A DNA stretch of 64,000 bases from an uncultured virus (IMG/VR IMGVR_UViG_3300034022_000723) (IMGVR_UViG_3300034022_000723:1-64000), one strand, 5' to 3'. Counted from the first letter of the stretch, positions 40,874-51,890 are shown. Notes: generated by a model from the sequence alone, not told the origin. Numbers and translations: made by a program.

Positions 40874-41620
40874 ATGGGAACATTATGGACATTTGGATGT
40901 AGCTTTACAGCGGAATATAATCCGGTCGGTGATAAATTTGTTAGAAGTAATTATGATGATTATAAACATTGGAGAGGTGGAACTTTACCGGATGTTTGGC
41001 CAACATTATTGGGAAAAAAGTTAAATTTAGAAGTTAAAAATATGGCATTTGGTGGAGATTCAAACTATGCAATTTTGAATCAATTTTTAGAAGTGGTTGA
41101 TTTAATTAAACAAGGAGATATTGTAATATTTGGGTGGACACATGTTGTAAGATTCCAAGCTGCTAATCCAGGTTCACGAAATGGTTTTAATCAAATTTTA
41201 CCGAGTATAACTAATTATCCCGAAACCGGATTATCAAGTAGGGCCATAGAAGAAATTTTAGTTAATAGATCAAACCCAATTTGGTTAAAAGAAGTTCAAT
41301 TATGGATAAATTTTATAAATTTATTTTGTGAAAAATCAAATATAAACGTATTTCATTGGACAAGTGATATAGATATATTTAATTGTAATAGTGAATTTAT
41401 AAATGATAAAAAATTTATAACACCACCTTGTGAAAATCCATGGGAACACCATCATATGATGCTTGGTTATTTATCTTTACCATTGCAATATAGTGGAAAA
41501 ATGATTGGTAAAATAATAGATGAGACTGACGGGTTAATATCTGATTGTCATTTTGGTGAACATGGCCATAGGGTACAATCTGAATACTTTTATAAACACA
41601 TTATTAAAAATATAATTTAA
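40874..41620 (+). CDS. SGNH/GDSL-like protein
   Basis: TFGCSFT; GDSN; CHFGEHGH. Confidence 0.6.
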   Translation: MGTLWTFGCSFTAEYNPVGDKFVRSNYDDYKHWRGGTLPDVWPTLLGKKLNLEVKNMAFGGDSNYAILNQFLEVVDLIKQGDIVIFGWTHVVRFQAANPGSRNGFNQILPSITNYPETGLSSRAIEEILVNRSNPIWLKEVQLWINFINLFCEKSNINVFHWTSDIDIFNCNSEFINDKKFITPPCENPWEHHHMMLGYLSLPLQYSGKMIGKIIDETDGLISDCHFGEHGHRVQSEYFYKHIIKNII

Positions 41621-41621
41621 T

Positions 41622-42356
41622 ATGAAAATAGGATTTGCTGGATGTTCACATTCCACTAATTCATATGGTTTGTGTTGGTCAACACATATGAAAAAAGATT
41701 TATTGTGTGAAACCATTGATGGATCTAGTCCTGGTGCCAGTAATGAAATGTTTATTGAGAAAGTAAAAAAAATATTGGAGAGTGAAAATAACATTGATTT
41801 TTTTATAATTCAATTAACAGATCCAAGTAGAATGATGATGGGTTTATATGGTAACGACCCACAAGAAGAATATAAAAAATACAATAACGTGGTGTACAGA
41901 CCGTCAAACATTAATTGTCATAGACAAACAAATGGGATTAGTTATTACAATTTATTAATAAATGGAGGAGGAGATCTAAATAAAATATTAGATACTAACT
42001 TTTCAACAGATATTTTAGATTTTCTTCAAGAACATGTGTTAATATCGGATTATAATATGAAAATTAAAATTTTCCATACTTTAATGACATATAAAAGTTT
42101 ATTTGATTATTTTGGTAAAAAAGTTTTATTTTTTAGTTGGAATGTAGATATTAAACAATTGGCAAAAGAAAATGGGTATGGTGATATAATAAAAGAATTT
42201 GATATTATTGACGGCTGTGTGGTAAATTTTACCAAAGAAAAAAAATTAACCCCTTGCGACTCAACTCATTATGACACTGAATCACATAAAATAATCTATA
42301 ATGAATTTATAAAATCAAATATAAATGATTTTATAAAAAAATATAACATAATATGA
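41622..42356 (+). CDS. SGNH/GDSL-like protein
   Basis: FAGCSHS; GASN; DSTHY. Confidence 0.55.
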   Translation: MKIGFAGCSHSTNSYGLCWSTHMKKDLLCETIDGSSPGASNEMFIEKVKKILESENNIDFFIIQLTDPSRMMMGLYGNDPQEEYKKYNNVVYRPSNINCHRQTNGISYYNLLINGGGDLNKILDTNFSTDILDFLQEHVLISDYNMKIKIFHTLMTYKSLFDYFGKKVLFFSWNVDIKQLAKENGYGDIIKEFDIIDGCVVNFTKEKKLTPCDSTHYDTESHKIIYNEFIKSNINDFIKKYNII

Positions 42357-42976
42357 GATTGATAACATTTGGAGATAGTTGGACGGCAGGACATGGAATT
42401 GAAACTGATGTAAAATATAAAGAAGAACCATTTCCCCACATGTTCATTCAAAAATTAAGAGATATGAACTCATGGCCAAGATGGGTTTCAGATAAATTAA
42501 AATGTGAATATGTTAATTTAGGTGTTTGTGGTTATGGTAATGAATACATTTTAAAAGATTTAAAAGAAACAGTTGAGAACGGATTCATTAATAAAGATGA
42601 TATCGTTTTAGTAATGTTATCCTACCCATATCGTTATAAATCAAAAGACATTCACAATGTGGTTGAAATATACCTATTGATGGAAGAATTATTAGAGGGA
42701 TATAAACATTTTTATTTTAATTCATTTTATCCATCATTTAGAGAAGAAGATGTTGACACTAAAAAATTACCAAAATATTTTATAAACCCCGACGGATGTG
42801 TATCCGATACATTAAGAAAGTACGAAATAAAAAATGATATTGGCGTTTGGGAGTATGGGAGTAGAAGTGTTTGGAATGATGAAAATAATTTTTGGGAGGG
42901 AGACTATCATCCAAATTCATTAGGTTATAAACTAATAGGTAAATACATTTATCAAGAAATTAAAAAATTTTTATGA
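42353..42976 (+). CDS. SGNH/GDSL-like protein
   Basis: TFGDSWTAG; GYGN; DYHPNSLGY. Confidence 0.7.
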   Translation: MRLITFGDSWTAGHGIETDVKYKEEPFPHMFIQKLRDMNSWPRWVSDKLKCEYVNLGVCGYGNEYILKDLKETVENGFINKDDIVLVMLSYPYRYKSKDIHNVVEIYLLMEELLEGYKHFYFNSFYPSFREEDVDTKKLPKYFINPDGCVSDTLRKYEIKNDIGVWEYGSRSVWNDENNFWEGDYHPNSLGYKLIGKYIYQEIKKFL

Positions 42977-43683
42977 CCTATTTAGAAATTTGGAATAAGC
43001 ATCTTGAGAACATGAAGAAAAAATTGGTAGATTATGTACCATCATTACCAGTTGATTCTGATTACTTTGCCGTTATTGTTGAACCAAGAATAGATGAAAA
43101 TATTGAGACAATAATAAAGACCGTTATGTATTATTTAGAAGACTCAAGTAAAAAGTGGGGATTACAGATTTTTCATGGAACTAAAAATATTGAACAAATA
43201 TTAAACATTACAAAAAATTGGGATAACGTTTCTTTAATGAATTTAGGTACGGACAATTTAACAAAAAGAGAATATAACGATATGATGATGACTACCGATT
43301 TTTGGAAAAAAGTTAAAGGTAAAAAAATATTATCATTTCAAAACGATTCGATATTAATAAGAGGAGGTATCGATAAGTTTTTAAAATACGATTACATTGG
43401 TGCTCCATGGATAAAACCAAAGGAGGGATATTTTGTGGGTAATGGTGGACTCTCATTAAGAAATAAGGATAAGATGATTGAAATATGTACATTAAATGAT
43501 GACAAATCAAATATACCACTAGAAGACATATTTTTTGTTAAAAATTTAAAAGGAGAAGGGGTTGCCGATATTGAAACCGCATATAATTTTAGTATGGAGG
43601 ACATTTTTTCAGAACATGCAATGGGATTACATAACCCAATTAAAATTGACCCCAATTTATTAGAAAAGGTGTTGTTATTTTAA
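42973..43683 (+). CDS. DUF5672-like glycosyltransferase-related protein
   Basis: FQNDS; YDYIGAPW; VGNGGLSLR; EDIFF. Confidence 0.7.
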   Translation: MTYLEIWNKHLENMKKKLVDYVPSLPVDSDYFAVIVEPRIDENIETIIKTVMYYLEDSSKKWGLQIFHGTKNIEQILNITKNWDNVSLMNLGTDNLTKREYNDMMMTTDFWKKVKGKKILSFQNDSILIRGGIDKFLKYDYIGAPWIKPKEGYFVGNGGLSLRNKDKMIEICTLNDDKSNIPLEDIFFVKNLKGEGVADIETAYNFSMEDIFSEHAMGLHNPIKIDPNLLEKVLLF

Positions 43684-43722
43684 TATTTTTTAGTTATATT
43701 ATGTTATATATAAAACATAATT

Positions 43723-44904
43723 ATGAATTACAAATGGCCTCTTATTAATGACAACGTAAGTCAAAAAGATAGAGAAGTTTTATCTGATTTTATACTATCA
43801 AATCAAAGACTCACAAATGGATTAAAAGTCCGTGAGTTCGAGGATATATGGTCTAAGTGGTTGGGTACCAAACACTCTGTAATGGTTAACTCAGGGGCAT
43901 CAGGTAATTTCCTATCAATTGCATTAGTTAAAGAACTTTACGGTATCGGTGAAGTTATTGTACCACCATTAGGTTGGGTTTCCGATATATCATCTGTTGT
44001 TCAATTAGGAATGACACCCGTGTTTGTTGACATCTCAATGGATAATTTATCAATCACCGCCGAAAATATTGAAAAAGCAATTACACCACAAACAAAGGCG
44101 ATAGTTCTTGTACATTGTTTAGGTTTCAACGCCATTAATGAAAAGATTTTAGAAATTTCCAAGAAATATAATTTAGTATTAATTGAAGATTGTTGTGAAG
44201 CACACGGAGCAACATTTAAGGGTCAGAAAGTGGGTTCATTTGGTGATATATCAATATTCTCTTTTTATTTTGGACATCACATCACAACCATTGAAGGTGG
44301 TATGGTATGTGTTAATGATGATAATGCGAATGACATAGTTCGTTTATTTAGGTCACACGGAATGACAAGAGAAGGGTCACAAGAACTCCAAGATAACTTT
44401 GTTCGTAATTATCCTGAATTAAATCCTCTTTTTACTTTTGCCGTTGCCGGATTCAATGTGAGAAGTACTGAAATAAATGCCGTATTAGGTATTGAACAAA
44501 TGAATAGAATTGATTCAAATGTGGATAAACGTAGACATAATTTTAAGGTATGGTTAGATAATTTAGATAATCATAAATTTTATACCGAATTTGATGTGGA
44601 AGGTAATAGCAATTTTGCGTTACCTCTCATAATGAAAAAGGGATATGAGGATAGGTTTAATATTAATGATGATTTTAGTGGCGTTAGAGATATTTTAGAT
44701 TTATCAGGTGTGGAATATAGATTGGGCACTGCGGGTGGTGGTAATCAAGCATTACAACCATATCTAAAAAAATACGAACATCGTATTGAAGGTGAATTAA
44801 CCAATGTAAATTATGTACATAGTAATTCACTTTATATTGGTAATCATACTGATTTAAATGACGACCAAATAATAAATTTATGTAAAATGTTAAACAATGT
44901 TTAA
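43723..44904 (+). CDS. DegT-family PLP enzyme with catalytic His; GDP-4-keto-6-deoxymannose 3-dehydratase (ColD)-like
   Basis: VNSGASGN; EDCCEAHG; FSFYFGHHITTIEGG, with His where aminotransferases have Lys. Confidence 0.75.
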   Translation: MNYKWPLINDNVSQKDREVLSDFILSNQRLTNGLKVREFEDIWSKWLGTKHSVMVNSGASGNFLSIALVKELYGIGEVIVPPLGWVSDISSVVQLGMTPVFVDISMDNLSITAENIEKAITPQTKAIVLVHCLGFNAINEKILEISKKYNLVLIEDCCEAHGATFKGQKVGSFGDISIFSFYFGHHITTIEGGMVCVNDDNANDIVRLFRSHGMTREGSQELQDNFVRNYPELNPLFTFAVAGFNVRSTEINAVLGIEQMNRIDSNVDKRRHNFKVWLDNLDNHKFYTEFDVEGNSNFALPLIMKKGYEDRFNINDDFSGVRDILDLSGVEYRLGTAGGGNQALQPYLKKYEHRIEGELTNVNYVHSNSLYIGNHTDLNDDQIINLCKMLNNV

Positions 44905-45868
44905 AGATAAAAAAGTTTTAATTACTGGAGGTGGAGGAATGATTGGTAGATCATTGATAAACCAATTAATTGATAAGGAATGTAAAATATATATTGCAGA
45001 TTTAACAACCCCAACAGATTTACCCGAAGGTGTTGAACATTTACAAGTTGATTTAAGATTCTTTGACAATTGTTTGGATATTTGTAAAGGAATGAACTAT
45101 GTTTTTCATTTAGCGGGAGTTAAAGGGTCACCTAAAATGTGTATGGAACAACCCGTGGATTTCATGGTTCCAATGTTACAGTTTAATACAAATATGATTC
45201 AAGCGGCATACGAGGCAAATGTAGATTGGTTTTTATATACCAGTTCAGTCGGTGTTTATTCACCCGCGGAAGTATTTCAAGAAGATAGTGTTTGGTCAAC
45301 ATTTCCATCACCAAATGATAGATTTGCGGGATGGACTAAAAGAATGGGTGAATTACAAACCGAATCGTATAAAATACAATATGGCTTTGATAGATTCTCA
45401 ATTGTGAGACCGGCCAATGTATACGGACCTTACGATAACTTCAACCCAACAAATGCCATGGTTGTACCATCATTAATTAGAAAGGCAAATGAAAATGATA
45501 TATTAGATGTATTTGGAGACGGAACAGCGGTTAGAGATTTTATCTTTGCAGATGATGTCGCAAGAGGTATGGTATTTGCGGTAGAAAATAAAATAACACA
45601 ACCTTTAAATTTAGGTTCAGGTAAAAAACATACAATAGGGGATGTCGTTGATTTAGTTACAAAACATTCAAGTAGAGATAATACGGTAAAATATAACCCA
45701 AGTGGAATTAAAGGCGATGATATTAGATTGTTTGATATGACAAGAGCAAATTCATATGGATTTGAACCACAAACAAGTTTAGAGGAAGGTATTAAGTTAA
45801 CAACGGAATGGTATTTAAATAATAAAGATATTTTAGATAAAAGGTATAACCCATTTGTAAATCATTAA
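44897..45868 (+). CDS. NDP-sugar epimerase/reductase (GDP-L-fucose synthase-like SDR)
   Basis: TGGGGMIG; HLAG; RPANVYGPYDNF; VVPSLIRK; GDG...RDF. Confidence 0.75.
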   Translation: MFKDKKVLITGGGGMIGRSLINQLIDKECKIYIADLTTPTDLPEGVEHLQVDLRFFDNCLDICKGMNYVFHLAGVKGSPKMCMEQPVDFMVPMLQFNTNMIQAAYEANVDWFLYTSSVGVYSPAEVFQEDSVWSTFPSPNDRFAGWTKRMGELQTESYKIQYGFDRFSIVRPANVYGPYDNFNPTNAMVVPSLIRKANENDILDVFGDGTAVRDFIFADDVARGMVFAVENKITQPLNLGSGKKHTIGDVVDLVTKHSSRDNTVKYNPSGIKGDDIRLFDMTRANSYGFEPQTSLEEGIKLTTEWYLNNKDILDKRYNPFVNH

Positions 45869-45869
45869 T

Positions 45870-46820
45870 ATGAGTAATTTTTTAGAAGGAAAAACAGTAG
45901 TAGTAACCGGTGGTTCAGGTTTTATTGGATCACATTTTTTATTGGAGTTAATAGAAAGGGGTGCCGATGTAAGAACACACACACATAATAAACCACTTCA
46001 AGTTAGTGATGATAAAATTAAAGTGATTAAAAACATTGATTTAACAAACTTGAATGATTGTTTAATATTAACACAAGGGGCGGACTATGTAATTCATTGT
46101 GGGGGAAGTATCGCTCACCCATCAACCGTACCAACGGATGTTCAAATATCATTAAATCAATTAACAATTATTGGTAATGTATTGGAAGCATGTGCGAAAA
46201 ATAAAGTTAAAAGATTTTTAGATTTAAATAGTTCCACTGGTTATCCTGATATTCGTAGACCATTAACCGAAGATGAGTTTTGGGTAGATGAACCATATAA
46301 ATCATATTATGGTTATGGTTGGATGAGAAGGTATAGAGAGAAGTTAATGGAACACGTATCAAGATTTTCAGGATTAGAAATTGCTTTGGCGAGATGTACC
46401 GCAATATTTGGACCATATGATAATTTTGATTTAAAAACTTGTCATGTTGTTCCCGCTTTAATTAAAAGACATTTAAGTGGAGAAGACCCGTTTGTGATAT
46501 GGGGAACACCTGATGTTGTAAGAGATTTCTTATATGTTAAAGACGTCGTAAACGGAGCACTATTAATATTGGAGAAAGGTGAATCAATGAGACCATATAA
46601 TTTAGGATATGGTGGTGGAATCACAATAGGTGAGATTGTAGACACTATTTTGAAAGTTACAGGTGAAAGACCAAAAGTTGAATACGATGTCACAAAACCC
46701 ACCACAATCCCATTTAGAGCGGTGAGTATAGATAGAATAAAAAATGAATTAGGATTTGAACCTAATTATACTTTTGAACAAGGAATAAAAGAAACCATTG
46801 ATTGGTACATAAAAAAATGA
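45870..46820 (+). CDS. NDP-sugar epimerase/reductase (GDP-L-fucose synthase-like SDR)
   Basis: TGGSGFIG; FGPYDNF...HVVPALIKR; WG...RDFLYV. Confidence 0.75.
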   Translation: MSNFLEGKTVVVTGGSGFIGSHFLLELIERGADVRTHTHNKPLQVSDDKIKVIKNIDLTNLNDCLILTQGADYVIHCGGSIAHPSTVPTDVQISLNQLTIIGNVLEACAKNKVKRFLDLNSSTGYPDIRRPLTEDEFWVDEPYKSYYGYGWMRRYREKLMEHVSRFSGLEIALARCTAIFGPYDNFDLKTCHVVPALIKRHLSGEDPFVIWGTPDVVRDFLYVKDVVNGALLILEKGESMRPYNLGYGGGITIGEIVDTILKVTGERPKVEYDVTKPTTIPFRAVSIDRIKNELGFEPNYTFEQGIKETIDWYIKK

Positions 46821-47938
46821 ATAATAATTTAAGTATTATATTTCCAAATGATTTAAATCAAAAAAATTTATTATCACTAGTAAATAAAATAATAGAAAAA
46901 AAGTCTAAACATTACATTCTATGGTCGTTAGATGAGGGAATTGAACCGAGTTTTGATGAATATTTACAATGGAACTATTTCATTAATGACAATCATTGTG
47001 AAAATGTTAAAACATTAGAAAAAACACTATTAGAACATAATATAATATTATACGTCCTTACATGTGCGGACGATAGAAGTGAAATCAACAGAAATGTTTT
47101 TTATAGACCAATTGAAAATGTTAAATTTATATTTTGGCCAACATATTATTTACACTACACATATTATGGTTTAAAAGATATTAGAAACAAAAAAAGACAA
47201 GAAGATAAAATTGATAAATTATTTTTGTGTCTAAATGGTAAATATAGGTATCATAGAGCAGTATTAATGGATAAGTTAAGTGAAAACAATTTAATTGATG
47301 AGGGATTAATTTCTTGGAATGCGATTTATGAAAATGAATGTTTAAATAAACATGAATTTAAACATTGGGATGGTAAAATACTTAAAATTGATGACTTTGA
47401 TTTTGAATATAAACAAACGGAATACTCTGAATTAGTTCTCAACAATACGACATATTTCAATTTAGTTACCGAAACTACTGAATGGAATGATTGTCTCATG
47501 ATTACAGAAAAAACGTATAAACCAATATTATATGAACAACCTTTTCTATGTGTAGGTTCCATGTATCAAAATAAAATATTGGAAAAATATAATTTTAAAT
47601 TATATGATGAAATTTTTGAATATGATTTTGATGTTCAAAATAATTTTGATAGTAGAATAGACGGTATTGTTTACAACGTGTCCAAATTGAGACATAAAAA
47701 TTTAAAAGATTTGTATGAAATAACCAAAGAAAAGGTATTTTTTAATAAAAATAATGCATTAAGTATCATTAAAAATGACCCATATATACCAAAAGAAATC
47801 GTAGATATGTTTAAAACATATAATGAAGAATTTAAAGACGGATTAAAAACATTCAATCTAGTGTATAATAATCAATATGTTTTTGAAAATAACGTTAAAT
47901 TAGATATAATTGATGAAATTTTTAAACATAAAATCTAA
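46817..47938 (+). CDS. 'TEK-family' putative glycosyltransferase-like protein
   Basis: FLCLNGKYRYHR; LVTET; ITEKTYKPI; ATG at 46817 preferred. Confidence 0.55.
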   Translation: MNNNLSIIFPNDLNQKNLLSLVNKIIEKKSKHYILWSLDEGIEPSFDEYLQWNYFINDNHCENVKTLEKTLLEHNIILYVLTCADDRSEINRNVFYRPIENVKFIFWPTYYLHYTYYGLKDIRNKKRQEDKIDKLFLCLNGKYRYHRAVLMDKLSENNLIDEGLISWNAIYENECLNKHEFKHWDGKILKIDDFDFEYKQTEYSELVLNNTTYFNLVTETTEWNDCLMITEKTYKPILYEQPFLCVGSMYQNKILEKYNFKLYDEIFEYDFDVQNNFDSRIDGIVYNVSKLRHKNLKDLYEITKEKVFFNKNNALSIIKNDPYIPKEIVDMFKTYNEEFKDGLKTFNLVYNNQYVFENNVKLDIIDEIFKHKI

Positions 47939-47999
47939 ATTTGATTGTTTAAAATGTGAGGAATAATGATTATAATATGAAATAAATTAGAATTAAAAT

Positions 48000-49010
48000 A
48001 TGAAGAACGTATTAATAACTGGGATTTGTGGAATGGTTGGATCACACTTAGCCGATTTTCTATTAGAAAAAACAGATTGGAAAATTTATGGATTTGCAAG
48101 ATGGATTGATTCAATGGATAATTTGGAACATTTAACGGAAAGAATTAATAAGAAAGATAGAGTTGAGTTGATTTATGGTGATTTAAATGATTTATCATCT
48201 TTAATTAATGCGGTTAACATATCTAAACCTGACTATGTGTTCCATTTAGGTGGACAATCTTACCCACAGACAAGTTTTATCGCACCAGTTGAAACTCTAC
48301 AAACAAATATTATAGGTACAACAAACCTATTGGAGGCATTGAAAAACTCAGATTATAAAAATGCTAAAATACATGTTTGTGCGTCAAGTGAAGTATTTGG
48401 TAGGGTACCCAAAGAAAAACTACCAATTGATGAAGAATGTAGTTTTCATCCAGCATCCCCATATGCAATATCTAAAATAGGTACTGATTTGATTGGTAGG
48501 TATTATGGTGAGGCGTTTGGGATGACAGTGATGACAACACGTATGTTTACACATACAGGACCAAGAAGAGGTGATGTATTTTCAGAATCCACATTTGCTA
48601 AACAAGTGGCAATGATTGAAGTTGGTTTACAAGAACCTAAGATTTACGTGGGTAATTTAGAATCACTTAGAACTTATGCGGACGTTAGAGATGCGGTAAA
48701 TGCTTATTACACTTTACTTACAGTAAACCCAATAGGAGGTGAATATTATAATATTGGAGGAACTTATACGTGTAAAATTTCGGACGTACTTAATTTTTTC
48801 TTAGAAAGGTCCACAGTTAAAAATATTGAAGTAATTGTTGATCCGGAAAGATTAAGACCAATTGATGCAGATTTACAGGTACCAAACACTGATAAATTTA
48901 AAAACCATACCGGATGGGAACCATCAATTTCATTTGAACAAACAATGGGTGATTTATTGGAATATTGGAGAAATAAAGTAAAAAACGGTCGTACCTTTTT
49001 AAATAGATAA
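48000..49010 (+). CDS. gmd: GDP-mannose 4,6-dehydratase-like
   Basis: LITGICGMVGSHLA; QSY..TSF; SSEVFG; PASPYAISK; HTGPRRG; GNL...R.YADVRD. Confidence 0.7.
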   Translation: MKNVLITGICGMVGSHLADFLLEKTDWKIYGFARWIDSMDNLEHLTERINKKDRVELIYGDLNDLSSLINAVNISKPDYVFHLGGQSYPQTSFIAPVETLQTNIIGTTNLLEALKNSDYKNAKIHVCASSEVFGRVPKEKLPIDEECSFHPASPYAISKIGTDLIGRYYGEAFGMTVMTTRMFTHTGPRRGDVFSESTFAKQVAMIEVGLQEPKIYVGNLESLRTYADVRDAVNAYYTLLTVNPIGGEYYNIGGTYTCKISDVLNFFLERSTVKNIEVIVDPERLRPIDADLQVPNTDKFKNHTGWEPSISFEQTMGDLLEYWRNKVKNGRTFLNR

Positions 49011-49012
49011 TA

Positions 49013-50221
49013 ATGGAGAAACGTTTTAATGTTGTATGTGATGGTGTGTATTTTACTGAATTTGAAATCAGAAATGAATTAGAATCTTCCCCATCAAGAA
49101 ATGTACATAATTTAAAAATATGTAACATTGATGACGTTTCTGAAACACCAAACGAAAATTTTTATTATATCATAACAAAAATTGGTGAGTATTTAAATTT
49201 CACAAATGAAATTGACATCGTAAAAACTATACCAAATGAAATTAAAAATTGTTTTATTAATAATGAAAATTTTAAAATAATTTTTTTAGAATTAAACGAA
49301 TCAGATTTTGATGAGACAATTGAAATGGTTGATTATAGATTAAAAAAAGAAAACTTAAACCCAAAAAGAGTTTATTACATAAATGCCAATCATAAAATTG
49401 GAAATTTAAAAAATAAAAACAATAGTGATATTAATGTTTACACAATAAATCACGGACAATATGTTAATTGTTTCAGATTATCTTTAACAAATCCTGAATT
49501 TATATTAGAAAAAGAATTTTTATTTATGACACATAATAGATCAATGAAATCCCATAGGTTGGGTTTATTGTGTTTATTAAAAAAATATGATATTTTAGAT
49601 AATGTTGATTGGAGTTTACTTAGAGGGAGTGTGTTAAAAAATATGTTTAATGATGATGACATATTTGCTGAATGGTTTTTTAGTAATGTTTTTAGTGATG
49701 AAATTACAATCAGTTTAAAAAACGAAATAAAATATTTTGCGGATTTGGGGAATAGAAAAAGTAAATATGAACATGATTATGATTTTGATGGTGGAGGACA
49801 TAGATATGATCATGATGATTCATATAAAGTAAAAACATATTCAAATTCATATATTAACATTACCACTGAAACTAATTTTGAGTCTAATAATATAATACAT
49901 ATAACTGAAAAAACGTTTACACCATTTAATTTTTACCAAATACCTGTTTTTGTGGTCACATACCAACATGTTAAATATTTAAGAGATATGTATGGTTTTG
50001 ATATGTTTGATGATTTGGTAAACCATAGTTATGATAATGAAATTGATAATGGTAAAAGGTTATTTATGGTTGCAGATGAAATAAAAAGATTAAATGAAAA
50101 TCCACAATTAATAAAAGATTTTTATAAAAATAATGAAGAAAGATTCATAAAAAATAGAAATATAATTTTTGAAATTCTTAATGATAAAAGAGACTATAAT
50201 TTTTTCCAAAGTTTAATTTAA
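49013..50221 (+). CDS. 'TEK-family' putative glycosyltransferase-like protein
   Basis: FMTHNRSMKSHR; INITTET; HITEKTF; FDDLVNHSYD. Confidence 0.55.
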   Translation: MEKRFNVVCDGVYFTEFEIRNELESSPSRNVHNLKICNIDDVSETPNENFYYIITKIGEYLNFTNEIDIVKTIPNEIKNCFINNENFKIIFLELNESDFDETIEMVDYRLKKENLNPKRVYYINANHKIGNLKNKNNSDINVYTINHGQYVNCFRLSLTNPEFILEKEFLFMTHNRSMKSHRLGLLCLLKKYDILDNVDWSLLRGSVLKNMFNDDDIFAEWFFSNVFSDEITISLKNEIKYFADLGNRKSKYEHDYDFDGGGHRYDHDDSYKVKTYSNSYINITTETNFESNNIIHITEKTFTPFNFYQIPVFVVTYQHVKYLRDMYGFDMFDDLVNHSYDNEIDNGKRLFMVADEIKRLNENPQLIKDFYKNNEERFIKNRNIIFEILNDKRDYNFFQSLI

Positions 50222-50222
50222 T

Positions 50223-51890
50223 ATGTATATAATAGGAATATCCGCATTTTACCACGACTCCTCTGTATGTTTATTCAGAGATAATCAACTAATATTCGCA
50301 TGTGAAGAAGAAAAGTTCACAGGTATTAAACATGATGATTCGTTTCCGGTCAGGGCGTTGGAATATATCTATAAACAATATAAGATTACACCCAAGAATT
50401 TACAAGTGATTTGTTATTATGAAGACCCACAATTAAAATACCAAAGAGTAATAGAAAACATCAAACCTCAATGGTTTAAGAATCCATTATATTCGTTGAA
50501 GTCCTATTTAAAAATACGTAGTAACATAAAAGAAATTGATAAGAGATTGAAAGAAATTTGTCCAACTGTGTTCTATTCAACTCACCACGAAGCGCATCAA
50601 TATTATGCACATTATACATCTCACTTTGAGGAATCCACATGTTTATCGGTAGACGGTGTAGGTGAGGTTGATACGGTATCTTTAGGAGTTGCAGATTACA
50701 ACGGTATCAAATACAGTTCACTTGCAAAGTATCCACATTCTATGGGTCTTTATTACTCTGCATTGACCTCTTATTTAGGGTTTAGACCGAATGAAGGTGA
50801 GTATAAGGTAATGGGATTGGCATCTTATGGTGACCCTCAAAAGTACATTAAAGAGGTACGTGATTTGATTTCATTTAAAAGTGGTAAGTTGGTGTGTAAT
50901 ATGGATGTATTTTGTTGGAATAAGACCGATAAATCTATGTTCAATGAGAAACTTGCGGAACTATTAAGTGTTCCACAAAGATTACCTGAAGAAACATTAG
51001 AACAAACACACAAAGATTTGGCGGCGGCTGTTCAATTAAGATACGAAGAGGTATTGTTTGAGATTATCAAATCAATTAGACACGTAAGTAAAAGTCCAAA
51101 CTTAACATTAAGTGGTGGTTGTGCATATAACGGAACGGCAAATGGTAAAATTATCGATAAGACGCACTTCACCCATCTTTGGATTCCACCGGCACCATCT
51201 GACGCAGGATCAGCAATCGGGGCGGTCGTTCATTATTTGGTTAAAGAACGTAAAATAAGAAGTAAAATCACAAGAAATCCATTTTTAGGTCCCGAATATT
51301 ATATGGATGATATTAGACGAGCAATTGGTACCAACAACTTTAAAAAGTTTGAATCTGAAAATAAATTAAGAACACATATAGCACAAAAATTATTTGAAGG
51401 TAAAGTTGTGGGATGGTTTAATGGTCATATAGAATTCGGATCAAGAGCATTGGGTAATAGATCAATATTGGCAAATCCAACATTACCTAATATGAAAGAC
51501 AGAATTAATAAGGTCATTAAGAAAAGAGAAGGTTTTAGACCGTTTGCTCCAATGGTAACCAAAGAGAAACAGGATCAATTCTTTGAGATGACAGACGATG
51601 TTCCATATATGAATCAAGTTGTTAAGGTAAAGGAAGAATATCGAGATAAGTTACTTGCAGTTACTCATGTGGACGGAAGTGCTAGAGTCCAAACAGTCTA
51701 CAAACACACCGTAATTCATGATTTATTAAGGGAATTTGAAAAATTAAGTGGTTATCCAATTTTACTGAATACCTCATTCAATGTTAAAGATAAGACAATG
51801 GTGTTGACACCGAAAGATGCGGTTGACACTTTCTTTGATACTGATATGGATATATTAGTAATGGGTAATTATGTTATGTATAAAAATTAA
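50223..51890 (+). CDS. O-carbamoyltransferase (NodU/CmcH/TobZ family)
   Basis: GISAFYHDSS; HHEAH; VDGVGE; EGEYKVMGLA; GGCAYN; EFGSRALGNRSILA; KREGFRPFAP; THVDGSARVQ; LNTSFN. Confidence 0.92.
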   Translation: MYIIGISAFYHDSSVCLFRDNQLIFACEEEKFTGIKHDDSFPVRALEYIYKQYKITPKNLQVICYYEDPQLKYQRVIENIKPQWFKNPLYSLKSYLKIRSNIKEIDKRLKEICPTVFYSTHHEAHQYYAHYTSHFEESTCLSVDGVGEVDTVSLGVADYNGIKYSSLAKYPHSMGLYYSALTSYLGFRPNEGEYKVMGLASYGDPQKYIKEVRDLISFKSGKLVCNMDVFCWNKTDKSMFNEKLAELLSVPQRLPEETLEQTHKDLAAAVQLRYEEVLFEIIKSIRHVSKSPNLTLSGGCAYNGTANGKIIDKTHFTHLWIPPAPSDAGSAIGAVVHYLVKERKIRSKITRNPFLGPEYYMDDIRRAIGTNNFKKFESENKLRTHIAQKLFEGKVVGWFNGHIEFGSRALGNRSILANPTLPNMKDRINKVIKKREGFRPFAPMVTKEKQDQFFEMTDDVPYMNQVVKVKEEYRDKLLAVTHVDGSARVQTVYKHTVIHDLLREFEKLSGYPILLNTSFNVKDKTMVLTPKDAVDTFFDTDMDILVMGNYVMYKN

